A stretch of 64,000 nucleotides of DNA. It comes from Pecten maximus. Taxonomy: Eukaryota. Positions 13,470-27,201 of the stretch are shown here, piece by piece (position 1 is the stretch's first letter; every line of letters begins with the position of its first letter). The stretch lies in assembly GCF_902652985.1 (NCBI RefSeq), contig NC_047019.1, forward strand, positions 15,748,001 to 15,812,000. The letters are read 5' to 3'. Made by a program: the position numbers and the translations under genes. The notes beneath the pieces were generated by a model. That model ran no database searches. It had not been told where the DNA came from and saw only the letters and a list, made by a program, of their open reading frames with translations.

Positions 13470-16400
13470 ATTTCCATGATGTCATACAGATCCGTAAATA
13501 ATTGTAAAATAAACAACAAAAATGTATTCTACATCAAAACATATCATACATAGATCGGGATCGATTTAATTAGTTTTGTGAATAGCTTGATCTGACTGGA
13601 GTCTCCAGATTTTCTTTCAGTCTTACTCAAGCATGACCTACAAATTTAAAATTCTGATTATCAAATGTCGGGATCGTTTTCTTTTGAAATTAAAACATGT
13701 ATGTTACCGTGTATATGATTATTTTGATGGTGAGTATTTTATCAAATTGATGTTTTCGTAATGTTAAGTAATGCAAAAATATAAACGTATATTGCTGTTG
13801 TCACTAGTCATTTGTCGGATGAGAGTGGCATTAAAGTAATATTGAAATCATACACTGGCTATGATGTACACAAGCCTCTTCACATTGTATTAACATTATA
13901 GTAACATTTAAATCATACACTGGTTGTGATATGCCTAAGCCTATTCAAATCATATTAGCGTTGTAGTAACGTTTCATGTTGGTAGATTAAACAATGATTT
14001 TCTTAGCATATTAATTGTATATTTCATTGAAGCACAACATATATCATACATTCTGTACCATAACGTTTCATTCGTCAACCAATACCAAAATAATTTAAGT
14101 TTTGTACTGATGGTCGACATCTGATATAATTTAGAAGAAAAAAATCTTGGTTAATATGAAGTCAGACGCGTTCGAGGCTTGATGAAATGCCTAGTGGTTC
14201 CTTTGGCATCGCCACCGTTCTCATATTGAGAATGAGATGTTATTTGACCTGTATTTGCACCAGGCGTGTTGTCGATGAGGAAGTAGGCCCTTTCTCTACA
14301 TCTGATCATATTATCAAGGGTCTCCATCCAATGTCTAGTATTTATTTGTGCTTTACGTGCTCTCGTTTTGTCGATTTTGAGGTTGCGATTTCGTTTTAAT
14401 GACGGTACCTTCTCTTGTTTTGCATACATTACCTACTCCTTGTTATACATGAAACACAAATATACTCATACATATACCTACATACACTTGATAATCCTAC
14501 ATACACATATATATATATATATATATTTACGCTTATACTAACACTTTACTGAGAGACGCATTTCCTGCATTATCTATTATTTCCTTTGAATTCATAGTTT
14601 TAGCAATTAATATTTTGAGTTCCAGTTGAAATCTTGTTTATTCCCCTAAATTAATTTGCACAAAATTTCTGTCATGTCGTATATTCCACGCCCCTGTAAT
14701 GTACTAAAGTATTCAAATGTGCAAAATAAAGCAACATATACTACTGACCGTAACTGCCTTATTCTGTATCAATAGCCTTCTTGGTTGATTGCACATATTT
14801 AACAGATATTGAGACTGCCCAATATCAACACAAAGTGAGATATGTTCTAACTAAGAGTTTTAAGCCAGCATTGAATGGCATATTATGTTCATATTGGACA
14901 GTTTGAGGCTAATATCCATTACATATTGAATCAAAGATGTGACCTGTGTATTTAAGCAAACATAGAGGATCAATCATTGACCAGACAGATGTGTATACTG
15001 CATTTATCTACTGTAAATTTAAACTATCACTGTCCATAACGAGATGTCACAGTAGTTTACTGTATATCAACAATGCCATATCTCACAATACCATCGTTAA
15101 CCTTCGTATGGTATTCCCGTCGACGGTTTTTAATGTTATCTAACTCATTAATATTACACTTATATATCAACTTTGTTTTCTTTCTTCGTTTTCTTTTTTC
15201 TTTTAAAGTTACAAAAAGAAAGCAATAATAATTAAAAATCAAATATAAATATCAGAACATACGTATCTCATAATAAAACTTGATGAGATATTGTTTTCTC
15301 TCCATAATCCACGATGGATTTATTATGTCATCACTGGGCACTCTATCGTGAAAGCTTACTCATATTTACTAATAATAGACTTCCTGTCATGTCTTTTTTT
15401 CTATATAAACCTTTCGATTTAAAACAGATTTAACTATTACATATAAATGTTATTTTTGGAAAGGCGTTACGTTTTTTTAAGTATAATCATGCGGAGCCTT
15501 TTCATACTACTTATGTCACTGCAGGTCATAGTTACGTCATTATTGAGCATACGATACTTCACACGGTTAACATATGTTATAAGGTATTACTACTTAGCCA
15601 GATATATAGCATATGGAGAACGCGGCCATTAAACGGGACACGATTACAGAGCATGCTGTTGAATTGCATCTAGTATTTTTTCCTCGTCGATTATGTCTGT
15701 TGCCTGCTTGAAGTATCGTTTTTCTTCGTGTGAGCGCATGCCTTGCATGATTTTCTAAAAATATACGAACATAGCCTTTAATCTCATTTTGATTGCAGAA
15801 AACTTTTTATGTTATGGCAAAAAATACTTTGTATCCTCTTCTGCACAAAAGAGTTGTGCTACAATTTGTGCATTTGATAACGTATGTAGATAATGGTGGT
15901 GCGCCCTTATGTACAGTCACTTGAAACGAGTGTGTTATTTGCTATTCTACTATAGACATACTATATAAACTCTATACAGCTGTCTTCACGTTTTAGAAAC
16001 TTGGGATTTTGATGGTATAGGACATGTCATGACTTGATGATCCCCAGACAAGGCACCTCCCGTCTGGATGCATGCGGTTTTTTACAAACATTACGCGGCA
16101 CGAAATGCTTTAGTAAAGAAATGGGTCATTCTTGTGTTCTCCCAGTGATAACAGCAAGGGAAATACAAACATACTTAACGAAAGTATCTTAAACATTTGA
16201 ACATTAACATATGTTTTTTTAATATTTCAAATATAGCTTATTAAGTTTATTTCCAAACAACGAAGGTAAATGTCATGGCTTCTTCAATGCAATGTAAAAA
16301 TTAAAGAGTGGGATTTCACAAGAAATATACACCAGATTTTAATCAAATATGCATTACCTTATGTCATATTTCTATAAACTAAACTGTTTATTTCATTACT

Positions 16401-17631
16401 TTCCACATAGACATCGGGGAACTGGTGGTGGTGGTGGCGCCGGTGGTGGTGGCGGCGGTAGCGGCGATGGGGAAGGGGCACCATAGTTTTTTTCTGCTTC
16501 TCTCGTTTACACTACTTCTCTCAGTTTGTATACTACGGGCATGTGTTCACCTAGGTGTTATGGCCCAGAAGTAGGTCACTCTTGCCTTTATTTTGATGTT
16601 TCTTTTGCACTTTTTTTAACTGGGTCTTCATACTTCGTATATACGTTCGCATAGGTAAGGCGGAGTGTCGTGATCCAAAAGTAGGTAACTCTCGTCTCTA
16701 TCTGGATTAGGCGGTATGTCATTTACCAAAATAAGTCACTCTTACTAACTCAAATGTATATTTTGACTTTTTACCTACATCGAAGTTAAAACTTGTCTTC
16801 AATAATGATGACGTCGTTTACGTATGAACGTAGACATGGTAATGGAAAAATAATAATTCCCCCTTTGGAAAAGCGACAGGGGCTCTCATACCTCGGGGTA
16901 AACTTGATCTTTCCCTCAGTTTGAAATATCCTCAAGGGGTGAAAGATTCTATAAGTACCAAAAGTAGGTAACACTGAACTATAATTTGACCTGCATGCGG
17001 TGTTTGATAAAATTCCTCTGTGTGGACCGTTCAGAGAATAATTTCCTTTCCTGCTTTGACAGCCGATTGCCTTTGATATACAACTATAACCTAATAACTA
17101 CTAAGGCACGGCAGGGTGTACGCAACTGTTTCTGCTCAGCATGCATCTCAAATTCATACTTCTACTTTAATCTTTGTGTTTTGGTGTATGAATACCTCTT
17201 AGGTTTATTACTGCATATAGTTCCTGTCATTTTTACAGTTATAACTTAGTATTTGGTATAAATGATGTATCAATACGATAAAATAACCGTTATCTCGTCC
17301 GTTTGACCCTAAACATCTGTCTTAGCTGGTAATAGCTGCTAAAAGTTTGCGACTCACGGGTTGCACTGTATGAACTTATGTAAACATTAGCGATGTAGAA
17401 ATTTTTCAAACTCATTCAAACTCTCTCCGGTTTATGGTACTTGTACTGTAACACACTCGATGAAATCGTACTTTTATCCGGTTGGTTGGCTATAACCCCA
17501 GTACTCTTCTTAGTTATGACTGAGATCCTGTCATCTTAAACCGACGAGTTCATAGATGACGAGATTGGATACTGCTCAACACATTTACGTATCGCAAATG
17601 TAACGGCAAGGCACCACGCGGTATCCTTAGA

Positions 17632-20600
17632 ATGGCTTTAGACGACATTTTGAGAAGTCTCGGTGAAGTTGGAAAATATCAGAAATTTGTTTTGGCTCTG
17701 ACATGCTTTAGTTCAATCTCCGCTGGATTGTATGGTGTGATGTCAGTAATATTTCTGAATACTCCTCAGCACAGGTAGGTAACCATGATAGTTTATTTAC
17801 ATTATCAACTACATAGCAAACTTTAACTAGTCCGATTTGTATGCAAGAAATATGAAAACGCTTAGTAGCAACCCTCAACTGTTAACAAACTTATGTTTTA
17901 TATCTAAAATAAGCATGATTGAACGATTCATATTTTACTATAATATTGGAAACATCTGCATAAAATTTAACATTATTTTATGGACTGATATTTTTAATAC
18001 TATACTAATATCCTGATATGTAAAGGACATGACAGAAAATCACTATTCCTGGGGGCACTCTCTGAATTAAGTCAGTCATGAAGAAAGTTTTAAAATATAA
18101 AGTAATCATATTCCTGACCTCCGTTTCCTTCTATAGATCGTATCCATAGCTCATATAGTCCTATTTCACGGTTGCCTGCATTTCAACCAATTCATCTCTG
18201 TATTGATCACGAGTCCGACTGACGTCTGGATGATTTTGAGTTCTCGCATGCCTATAGTGTTTAGATTTTATCATTATTATTTTGCTGGGCTTTGTTGGTG
18301 GATTTAGTATCGGTAGTTTATATTAACCAGCATATTCGACCTATTGTGTTTTCAAATATTATCCAAAAAAACCACTTCAAATATATATATCAAAAGGGAC
18401 AAGGAAATAAGAGGTGTCATACACAGTCTAGGATAATCACAAAGTCCTATTAGTATTAGCGTATAGTTCATTGAGTGGATAATGATGGGAGAAATAGTAT
18501 TAGTGAAAACATATTGATACTTTATAGTGTATAACAAACATATAAGCTGAAAATCATAAGAAATTTAGAAAAAAGCATAATTTTTTTTCACAAACTATGA
18601 TAAAGTTTTTAATATTGTGGCAGGTGACTAGGATGATCGACGGTGGTATGATGTGATGTTTACTCTGCAAACAATGTCATTGTTACGAACACCTGATCTT
18701 ACCCAGTTTATTGTTTCAATATTTTCATTGGTTAAACACATTTAGATGACGAATACAAATTCATTTGAGAGATAAAAGATAATACTGATAATAATTCTAT
18801 AATAGAAAGACTTATGCTCAAATTCATTTTGGACAGGGGACAGAAAGTTTAAAGGAATTCAAAAATCAATAATTATGAGAACGAGGGAGTTTTTTTTTAC
18901 AAACATATAAAAACAATACAATAAAGAAAAAAAAAAAAAAAAGAAAAAAAAATAAATCAACGGAAGATTATCCTAAAACATGAATAAGCATATAGTGTGA
19001 CCTCTTCATGTTAAAAATGAATCTAAATAAAACGAAAAAGCCTAGGAAATAACAAAAACAATCAGTAATTTCTACCAAAAATTAATGACAACTTAGATTG
19101 AGGTAAGCCCTAACAGTATTAAAAACGTAAAAGTAAAACGTCCCTTGACATATCATCACAGCATATATAGCACAATGAAAACATAAAACACAAGAACAAA
19201 CTTCTTATTTAAAAAAAGAAACGGATTAAAAGTGAAATTACAAGAACCCATGATATAATTGTGGAGAACGGGTATGTCAATAATGTAAATATTTTAAATA
19301 AATAAATTTCAAAAATAAAACTTGATATATGTGAAGTTGTATTAATGAAAATGTATTCCCCAAGAATGAAAAAAATAAAGTAAAACTTTAATATGTGAAT
19401 AAATAAAAAGGTAGCTTACAATTAACACAAATTATCAAAATAAATGGAACTTTTTAGTATCAACTAGGTCGTAAATGTTACACAAATACATAAAAAGATA
19501 TATAAAAAAAATCACTTATTTATGTTAGGAACAAATCACTGAAGGTTTTTCGTACAGTTTAAAGGACACACTAGATTTCAGTTTCAACAACTTACATGAT
19601 AATAGGGTAAAATTGTTCCGATTGAAGCTATTATAGACAAAGCCTACCAAATGTATTACTATTTAAATGCAAAATACCACCAATTCTTGTGTGTAACAAA
19701 TGTGGTACGGCCGGCTTTTTTTAGCAAATTATAACGTGCTGTGCCAAATTGTTCCAAATGTCTACTAAACGGAAACTCAAAAAAGTTAATTCTAATCGAC
19801 AACGTTTCTTGAATATTTTACTGTTTATGGCCTCTTGTTCTATTCTTGAAATTCATTGGAAACATAACGGACTTGACGCGATTGTCATTGGTGTTATGTA
19901 AATTTTTAATACGCTAATAAAATTATCTGTGACCCAGAAAATATGAAGATTGTAAGACCCGGTACATATTCCAAATGAGACCTAACAAGTGTCTTAAATA
20001 ATAGTTTGAAAACGTTTAAATTTGATATGTAAATGTCTTTTCATTCGCACTAAAGTTTGCCCTACAGAAGTTGAATATGTGCCCTGAAATTTAAATCGTT
20101 ACTCTAATGGCTGGTTCAGATGTATTTCCCGGTAATATTATATTTCTGTATTGCAGATATTGTAACAAAACAATTTCCCTGATTTTATTTATGTGCAGGT
20201 GTAAAATTCCTGACCTGGAGAATGACACTTACATTATACGTAGTCACTATCAACAGAACCTGATCAACAATTATATACCTCCCTCATGGGATGACGACAC
20301 CCTCGATTATGACCAGTGCCACTTATACTCGTTTGATCACCAAAATGTCAAGTTCGACAACTCCAGCAGACCAGTAAATGCCTCACTTGTTCAATGCAAT
20401 GAGTGGGTTTACAGTGATTCCGTATTTGATGAGACATTTACATCCAAGGTATTGTTTTCTCTATTAATTCTGTCTTACCTTTAGTATCTACATAGCATTA
20501 TCTTCTTTTAGATTTCCAACTTGATCTGTTCACCTTTTTTACGTGTTACTCCTTTAAATATCATACAATTGCTCCTTCTTCTTTAAATGAGTATGATAAT

Positions 20601-23600
20601 ACAGTTTTGTTATTATGAAGTAATTTATGTGGTCGCCACGGTCATAACATTGAGAATGTGACTTAACCCCGATCCGACCTAGAGTTATTTGGCCAGTTTC
20701 GTCAATGAAGCTGAAGACGCTTACTTCGCCGGAACAACTGGTTTCTTCTCCTTGTTTTTTTTTCAAGAGTATTCATGGAAATATCGAAAGAATTTTGCCG
20801 TATTTTTCCTCGTTGAGTTAATGTTAATTCAAATGGTGAGATTACCTTGTTTTTCTATCGAATTACAGTTGTCAGACTGTCGTTTGTAATTTTTTTTCCT
20901 ATGGGACTATAGTGTTCACACTGTCGTATGTTCTGATTAATATGGGACTACAGTGGTCACACTGTCGTATATACTTGATTTGTTTTGGACTACAGTGGTC
21001 ACACTGTGGTATATACACATGTACTGATTTTCTACGGGACAACAGTGATCACACTGTCGTATATACTGATTTTATATGGGACTACAGGGGGCACACTGTG
21101 GTATATACTGATTTTTTATGGAACTACAGTAGTCACACTGTCGTATAAACTGATTTTCTATGGAACTACAGTGGTCACACTGTCGTATATACTGATTTTA
21201 TATGGGACTACAGGGGGCACACTGTGGTATATACTGATTTTCTATGGAACTACAGTGGTCACACTGTCGTATATACTGATTTTATATGGGACTACAGGGG
21301 GCACACTGTGGTATATACTGATTTTTTATGGAACTACAGTGGTCACACTGTCGTATATACTGATTTTATATGGGACTACAGTGGTCACACTGTCGTATAT
21401 ACTGATTTTTATGGAACTACAGTTGTCACACTGTCGTATATACTGATTGTATATGGGACTACAGCGGTCAAACTGTCGTATATACTGATTTTACATGGGA
21501 CTACAGTGGTCAAACTGTCGTATATACTGATTTTATATGGGACTACAGCGGTCAAACTGTCGTATATACTGATTTTATATGGGACTACAGCGGTCAAACT
21601 GTCGTATATACTATTTTTTTATGGAACTACAGTGGTCAAACTGTCGTATATACTGATTTGTTATGGGACTACAGTGGTCAAACTGTCGTATATACTGATT
21701 TTATATGGAACTACAGTTGTCAAACTGTCGTATATACTAACTTTTTATGGAACTACAGTGGTCAAACTGTCGTATATACTGATTTTACATGGGACTACAG
21801 TGGTCAAACTGTCGTATATACTGATTTTATATGGGACTTCAACGGTCAAACTGTCGTATATACTGATTTTATATGGGACTACAGCGGTCAAACTGTCGTA
21901 TATACTATTTTTTTATGGAACTACAGTGGTCAAACTGTCGTATATACTGATTTTATATGGGACTACAGCGGTCAAACTGTCGTATATACTGATTTGTTAT
22001 GGAACTACAGTGGTCAAACTGTCGTATATACTGATTTTTTATGGAACTACAGCGGTCACACTGTCGTATATACTGATTGTATATGGGACTACAGCGGTCA
22101 AACTGTCGTATATACTGATTTTATATGGAACTACAGTGGTCAAACTGTCGTATATACTGATTTTATATGGGACTACAGTGGTCAAACTGTCGTATATACT
22201 GATTTTTTATGGAACTACAGCGGTCAAACTGTCGTATATACTGATTTTATATGGAACTACAGTGGTCAAACTGTCGTATATACTGATTTTTTATGGAACT
22301 ACAGTGGTCAAACTGTCGTATATACTGATTTTATATGGGACTACAGTGGTCACACTTTCGTATATACTTAGTTTCTATGGGACTACAGTGGTCACTCAGA
22401 TAAACCTGTTTTTCTTTGAATATAGTGCCGTATGTACTGATTGAAAAATGATTGTATTGCAACAGTTCATTATTTCTCTGGACACGTGTGTCCGAATTGT
22501 CCGACGTGAGGAAGTGTTTTATCACATCTCAAACAAAGCTCCAACGTATAACATAGAGTATAGTTGTTTTATTGAGTATCAATTTACATCAACCTTGTTG
22601 TTACTTTTATATATACTTCCTGCAGGTTAATTCGGCTTAAGATGTTTCAAATATATGTATCTAATATCAAGTGAAAATTTTGGAAATATAACTAGGTATA
22701 AAGATATACGAAAATAACATCCATTTTAATTGACATTGTTCTAAAAGACACCATGGTTTCTCAACAGTTCAATATCGTCTGTGAGGAGACAAATATAACG
22801 TCATTAATCAAGTCACTATTCTTCGTTGGCAAATTCATCGGTGCCGTTGTGTTTGGCACTCTCTCAGACACGTAAGTACTTATCCTATTTACCTCATGTA
22901 TTATATCTATTTATATCAATATGGCCTTGTGGTGTTGAGGTATGATCTTTTATCAGTTTGAGTTAAAAGGTGGTTAATACAGAAATAGCAAAGAGTAGTT
23001 TTAATCGTTTATAGATCGTTGTATATTTTAATTCAACAAGAAAAAGTACATACTATACGCCATCAACGCCCTCCAACAGTGTAAGTTCATTTTTTTATAT
23101 TTTGAATTTAAAGTGACTAAAAAGTAAACTGGTACATGAAGAAACTATTTCGTTCTTTAGTTCTATATTTAGTGCGTAATTATCTGTCTTACAATCGATC
23201 CTCTTAGAAGGTTATTTCTTTTTCATGTGATAAGCTTTGATAACGCGGATGTTATTTTATGATTATTTTATGACCATTGGTATTAACGCCGTCGGCAGTG
23301 CAGCATATTTAATGTTGATCATCTTACGTTATTATACTCTTAAATTTACTTGCGATAAACTTTGAATTATTTGGTGTTTTTAATTTCAGAATTGGCCGCA
23401 AAATGACATTTTATTTGTCGCTAGTTACGTATTTGGGAGCGACATTTGGTTCATCTTGGTCCTCATCCTACATCGTCTACGCTATCTTAACGGTGGCTAT
23501 TGGGGCTACAGCACAGGGTGTCTTTATTGTGGGGTTTGTCCTTGGTAAAATATGCATTATAGTTCATAAAGTATCAGTTTGTGATCCCAGCAAATGTAAT

Positions 23601-26600
23601 ATATATATTAAGCATGGTCGTTGAAGCATGTAATATATTCATGGTTCTGAGTAAAAACAACCATTATATTATAGATACAATTAAGATTGTCTAGATTTCG
23701 TCGATATAAATAATTATATATGATTTTGAATTTATTCCCTCAAATATATACTTTACTTATCAAATTGATAATGATGTGCCTTCCGAAAAAAAGGAAATTG
23801 TGTTTCTTACATTCTTATTCCTTCAAGACGATATAATTTAAACAGTGATCATTTCAGGAATAATGCATACAAATATACCCATTATGTTTATTTTTACATT
23901 TTACATTTTCAGGTGTTGAGATAGTTGGTCCATCAAAAAGGAAGTTAGCTGGTATGATTCTGCAGTATGCTTTCATCGTCGGATTAGCAATTCTACCCGC
24001 CGTCAGTTACCTGGCCAGACATTGGTACTACATCAACATTATTTGTTCAGCGCCGGCTTTTCTTTTCATTTTCTACTGGTGGTATGTACAATCCTTGTTT
24101 ATAGTACATTCTAGTGTGTCACATCCTACCAAGACGTGGTGTATTGATTCAAGACAACGTACTCTCGAATATTTTACCCGAATAAACCTATCGGTACATG
24201 ATACGTTTTGATTAATCTACAACAAGAATGTTAACTTGTTCTGCCGAGAACAACATAAATAAAAAATATTAAACGCAATTTCGAATACCGCATTACTTTG
24301 TTTTCTCTCTAAGAACGGTCCAACGACTACAAATAAACGTGTTTTGCAAATGATAAACGAATCAGAAAGGCTTAGCTTTAATGTATATTATTTTGTTTAT
24401 CTTTTTGTTATAATAATAGTGCTTAGTAAGGGGGAGGTACTACATTTTAACAAGAACCACTATCGTTATTATTCCATTTGATGTTGATGCAGCTTTGTCG
24501 GAGAACACAAGGCATTATTCAAAAATAACCTTTCTCGAAATTTATTCATATGTTGTGTTAGTTATTCTTTGTTGATGTAAAAAAAAACATTTGTTCAATA
24601 CGATTAACATTCCTGTTGTATTTTCGACTAGGTTTCTCCCAGAATCCCCTCGTTGGCTAATTACAAAACAGCGGTATCAAGAAGCCAACGTTATACTCCA
24701 GAAAATGGCAAAGGTCAACAAAGTGGCAATAAAAAGGAATCTGTTAGAAGACATGTATGATGAGGAGATCAAACCCGCCGGAAAGGTGTGGCACTTGTTC
24801 TCGTCACGTGTCATGCTAATGCGCACACTCGTCATCCTCTTCAACTGGTAAGTAATGATGAGATTTATACATGTGAATACGGACCATCATTTTGTTTCAT
24901 TACACGTTGATATCGATATAGCGTACAGTTATATAATAATGTGGTATTGTCTACTACGCGCATTAACTTGATTTCGCTGTTAACGGTGTGTGAAATGTTT
25001 CATTTTTTAAGGATTGGATTTCACAAGAAAAAAATTCCGCATTATAATCGCGTCCCATATTTTAATTAATTTCAGTTTCCATTTGGAGTATTTTGTAAAA
25101 TTGTAAATATATTCCTCATAATATCAAATTTGTAAGGCGGTTATTCATATCAATTCCAATTTTCTGAAACTTAGAATACTCCCAAAAAGGCAATTTCAGT
25201 ACAGTTGTCCTTACAACCATGTTTTTACAGACGTATTTTGAACTGGATTTCTTTCCTCTTTATACAGGTGTATAGCAAGCATGACTTACTACGGATTGTA
25301 TCTAAATACAGGGAACCTCGGCGGAAATTTCCATCTGAATATGTTCTTATCTGCACTAGTCGAGTTTCCAGCTATTACCGTTATCATAATTTTAGTGGAT
25401 AGAATTGGCCGGAAACCGCTTTACTGCCTCAGTATGATATCAGCAGGGTGCGCATGCGCATCGATAATAATTCCAACGATGTATGGTGAATTAGGTAGGA
25501 TATTGCAGAATTATCATTATCATTATATTATATTTTTAAAAAATGGAGAAAGATAAAGGCACTGAAAATAAAAGTGGTTACTATATACGGAAATGGATTA
25601 AGCAGATCACACAAATTACAATATGTTTTTCATTTTCATCACCCGATTAAGCATGTTTTTTTTTAATTCAGCTGACTTTACCTCTACATGTCTTAGTGTA
25701 TCTCACCTAGATTTTTACTTAGTGTCTTTGTGATATGTTATTTGACTTTGTTTTGTTGTGATATGTTATTTCGACTAAGTGTTTTTGTAATATTTTATTT
25801 TGATTTAGTGTCTTTTTAAAATGTTATTTCGACTAAATGTCTTTTAATAGGTTTTTGTTACTTAGTGTCTTTGTAATATTTGATATTTGTAATATTTAGC
25901 TTACTTATAGTAACAATTAATTTTCAGAGAACCAGACAGTAATTGTCATACTGGCCATGATTGGTAAGTTTGCCGTATCTACAGGGTTTAATACACTCTA
26001 CCTATTTTCTGCCGAATTATATCCGACCGTGGTAAGGAATGCCGGGATGGGTGCCAGTTGTTGTGCGTCAAGAATAGGAGGAATTGTGGCGCCATACATA
26101 GCGGATTCGGTGAGGATCAAACATTCTGTTTGGTGGCAAGTTACGCTGATATAATCCGTCACAACTTACAAAAGTAGTTATAATCTTATCGGAAAAAAAA
26201 AGAAAAACATACAGCTTTCCGCTACACTTTATGATTATTGTATCCATGTATCCCATTTCCCAAGATCTTACATATCAATGTTGAGTTATATTACAGGTAA
26301 AATACTTCATAAACAAGAAATGTATGAACTGTTTACCTATTGTGTGTTATATAATTATGCTTTATTTACAATCACTGTACATAATGACGCAATGTTGTAA
26401 GAATAGTACGCCTAAAACGCAATGTTTTATTTTTTTCAGTCCGCGTTTATAGGCGGTATGGTAGGTAAAGTGTTCCCTGTAGCTGTATTTGGAGTGATGT
26501 CCATCTTGGCCGGATTGTCGTCCCTTTATTTACCAGAAACATTAGATATGGCATTACCAGAGACGATTGAAGACGGCATTATGTTTGGGAGGTACGGTTT

Positions 26601-27201
26601 CCTTCTTATTTTCAATATTGCGAGATTCCTGCAGCAGTTCAGACTGAACTTGATTCGATTTATTATTAGATGGGGTTAAAATTTGAAAACAAAATTATCG
26701 ATATACTATATTTAGATGTAAAAACGTGTCATTATTACATAATTGTTTACCGTTATATATAAGCAGTTTAAATGATGTGTTTCATATATATGCATAAATA
26801 TATTATTTGGTAGAAATAGAACTTTAATCATTTAGACAAAATGTCTCAGGTACTCTGGATCGATTGTTACTTAATTCAAGTGCGTATCTCTGTTTAAACA
26901 AAATTCATAGATACTATTGAAAACGCTTACCCTGAATTAACACTGACATTTTAATCCAGGCAAACATATTTAAGACAACCAATCCATAAAGTTATAATCT
27001 TTTATTGATAATGAGTGATAATTTTGCTGAAAAGGTTGTTGACAAAGTTTGATCCTTGTTGTTTGCTTAATTTGTGTTCATTTTTTTAGACGGCGAAAAC
27101 AAAACGCTGAATGTGAAAACACACTCCTCCAATGCAATAAACGCGACAAATCAACGCCAGGAGATAGCCAAGTGTCTAACACGATAACGGATTGTATTTG
27201 A
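17632..27201 (+). CDS. SLC22-family (Orct-like) organic ion transporter, 569 aa, 10 exons: 17632-17774, 20199-20448, 22768-22871, 23390-23544, 23913-24081, 24632-24847, 25268-25494, 25928-26109, 26440-26591, 27090-27201
   Basis: MALDDILRSLGEVGKYQ start, HRCKIP, CNEWVY..FNIVC, LSDTIGRK, EIVGPSKR, PESPRWL, DRIGRK, AELYPTVVRN, LPET..LPETIED. Exons of 104, 155 and 169 nt are typical of SLC22. All phases are compatible; total 1710 nt. Confidence 0.95.
20900..22395. repeat. 42-bp minisatellite, ~35 copies, in SLC22 intron 2
   Basis: Unit atgggactacagtggtcaaactgtcgtatatactgattttat; it generates the 14-aa repeat ORFs in the track. Confidence 0.97.
25725..25880. repeat. Degenerate ~28-bp tandem repeat in SLC22 intron 7
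   Basis: Recurrent tgtgatatgttattt(t/c)gact..gtgtcttt. Confidence 0.6.

Noticed and set aside
16411-16486. Gly-rich segment as a possible last astacin exon
   Set aside because: The Gly frame needs phase 2 while the only nearby donor (13444) is phase 1. The GGY run precedes repeat-like sequence, and the astacin already has a stop at 13469.
20912-22444. Long ORFs (up to 406 aa) with 14-aa repeats
   Set aside because: They are translations of the 42-bp intronic minisatellite; the SLC22 exons splice cleanly around it.
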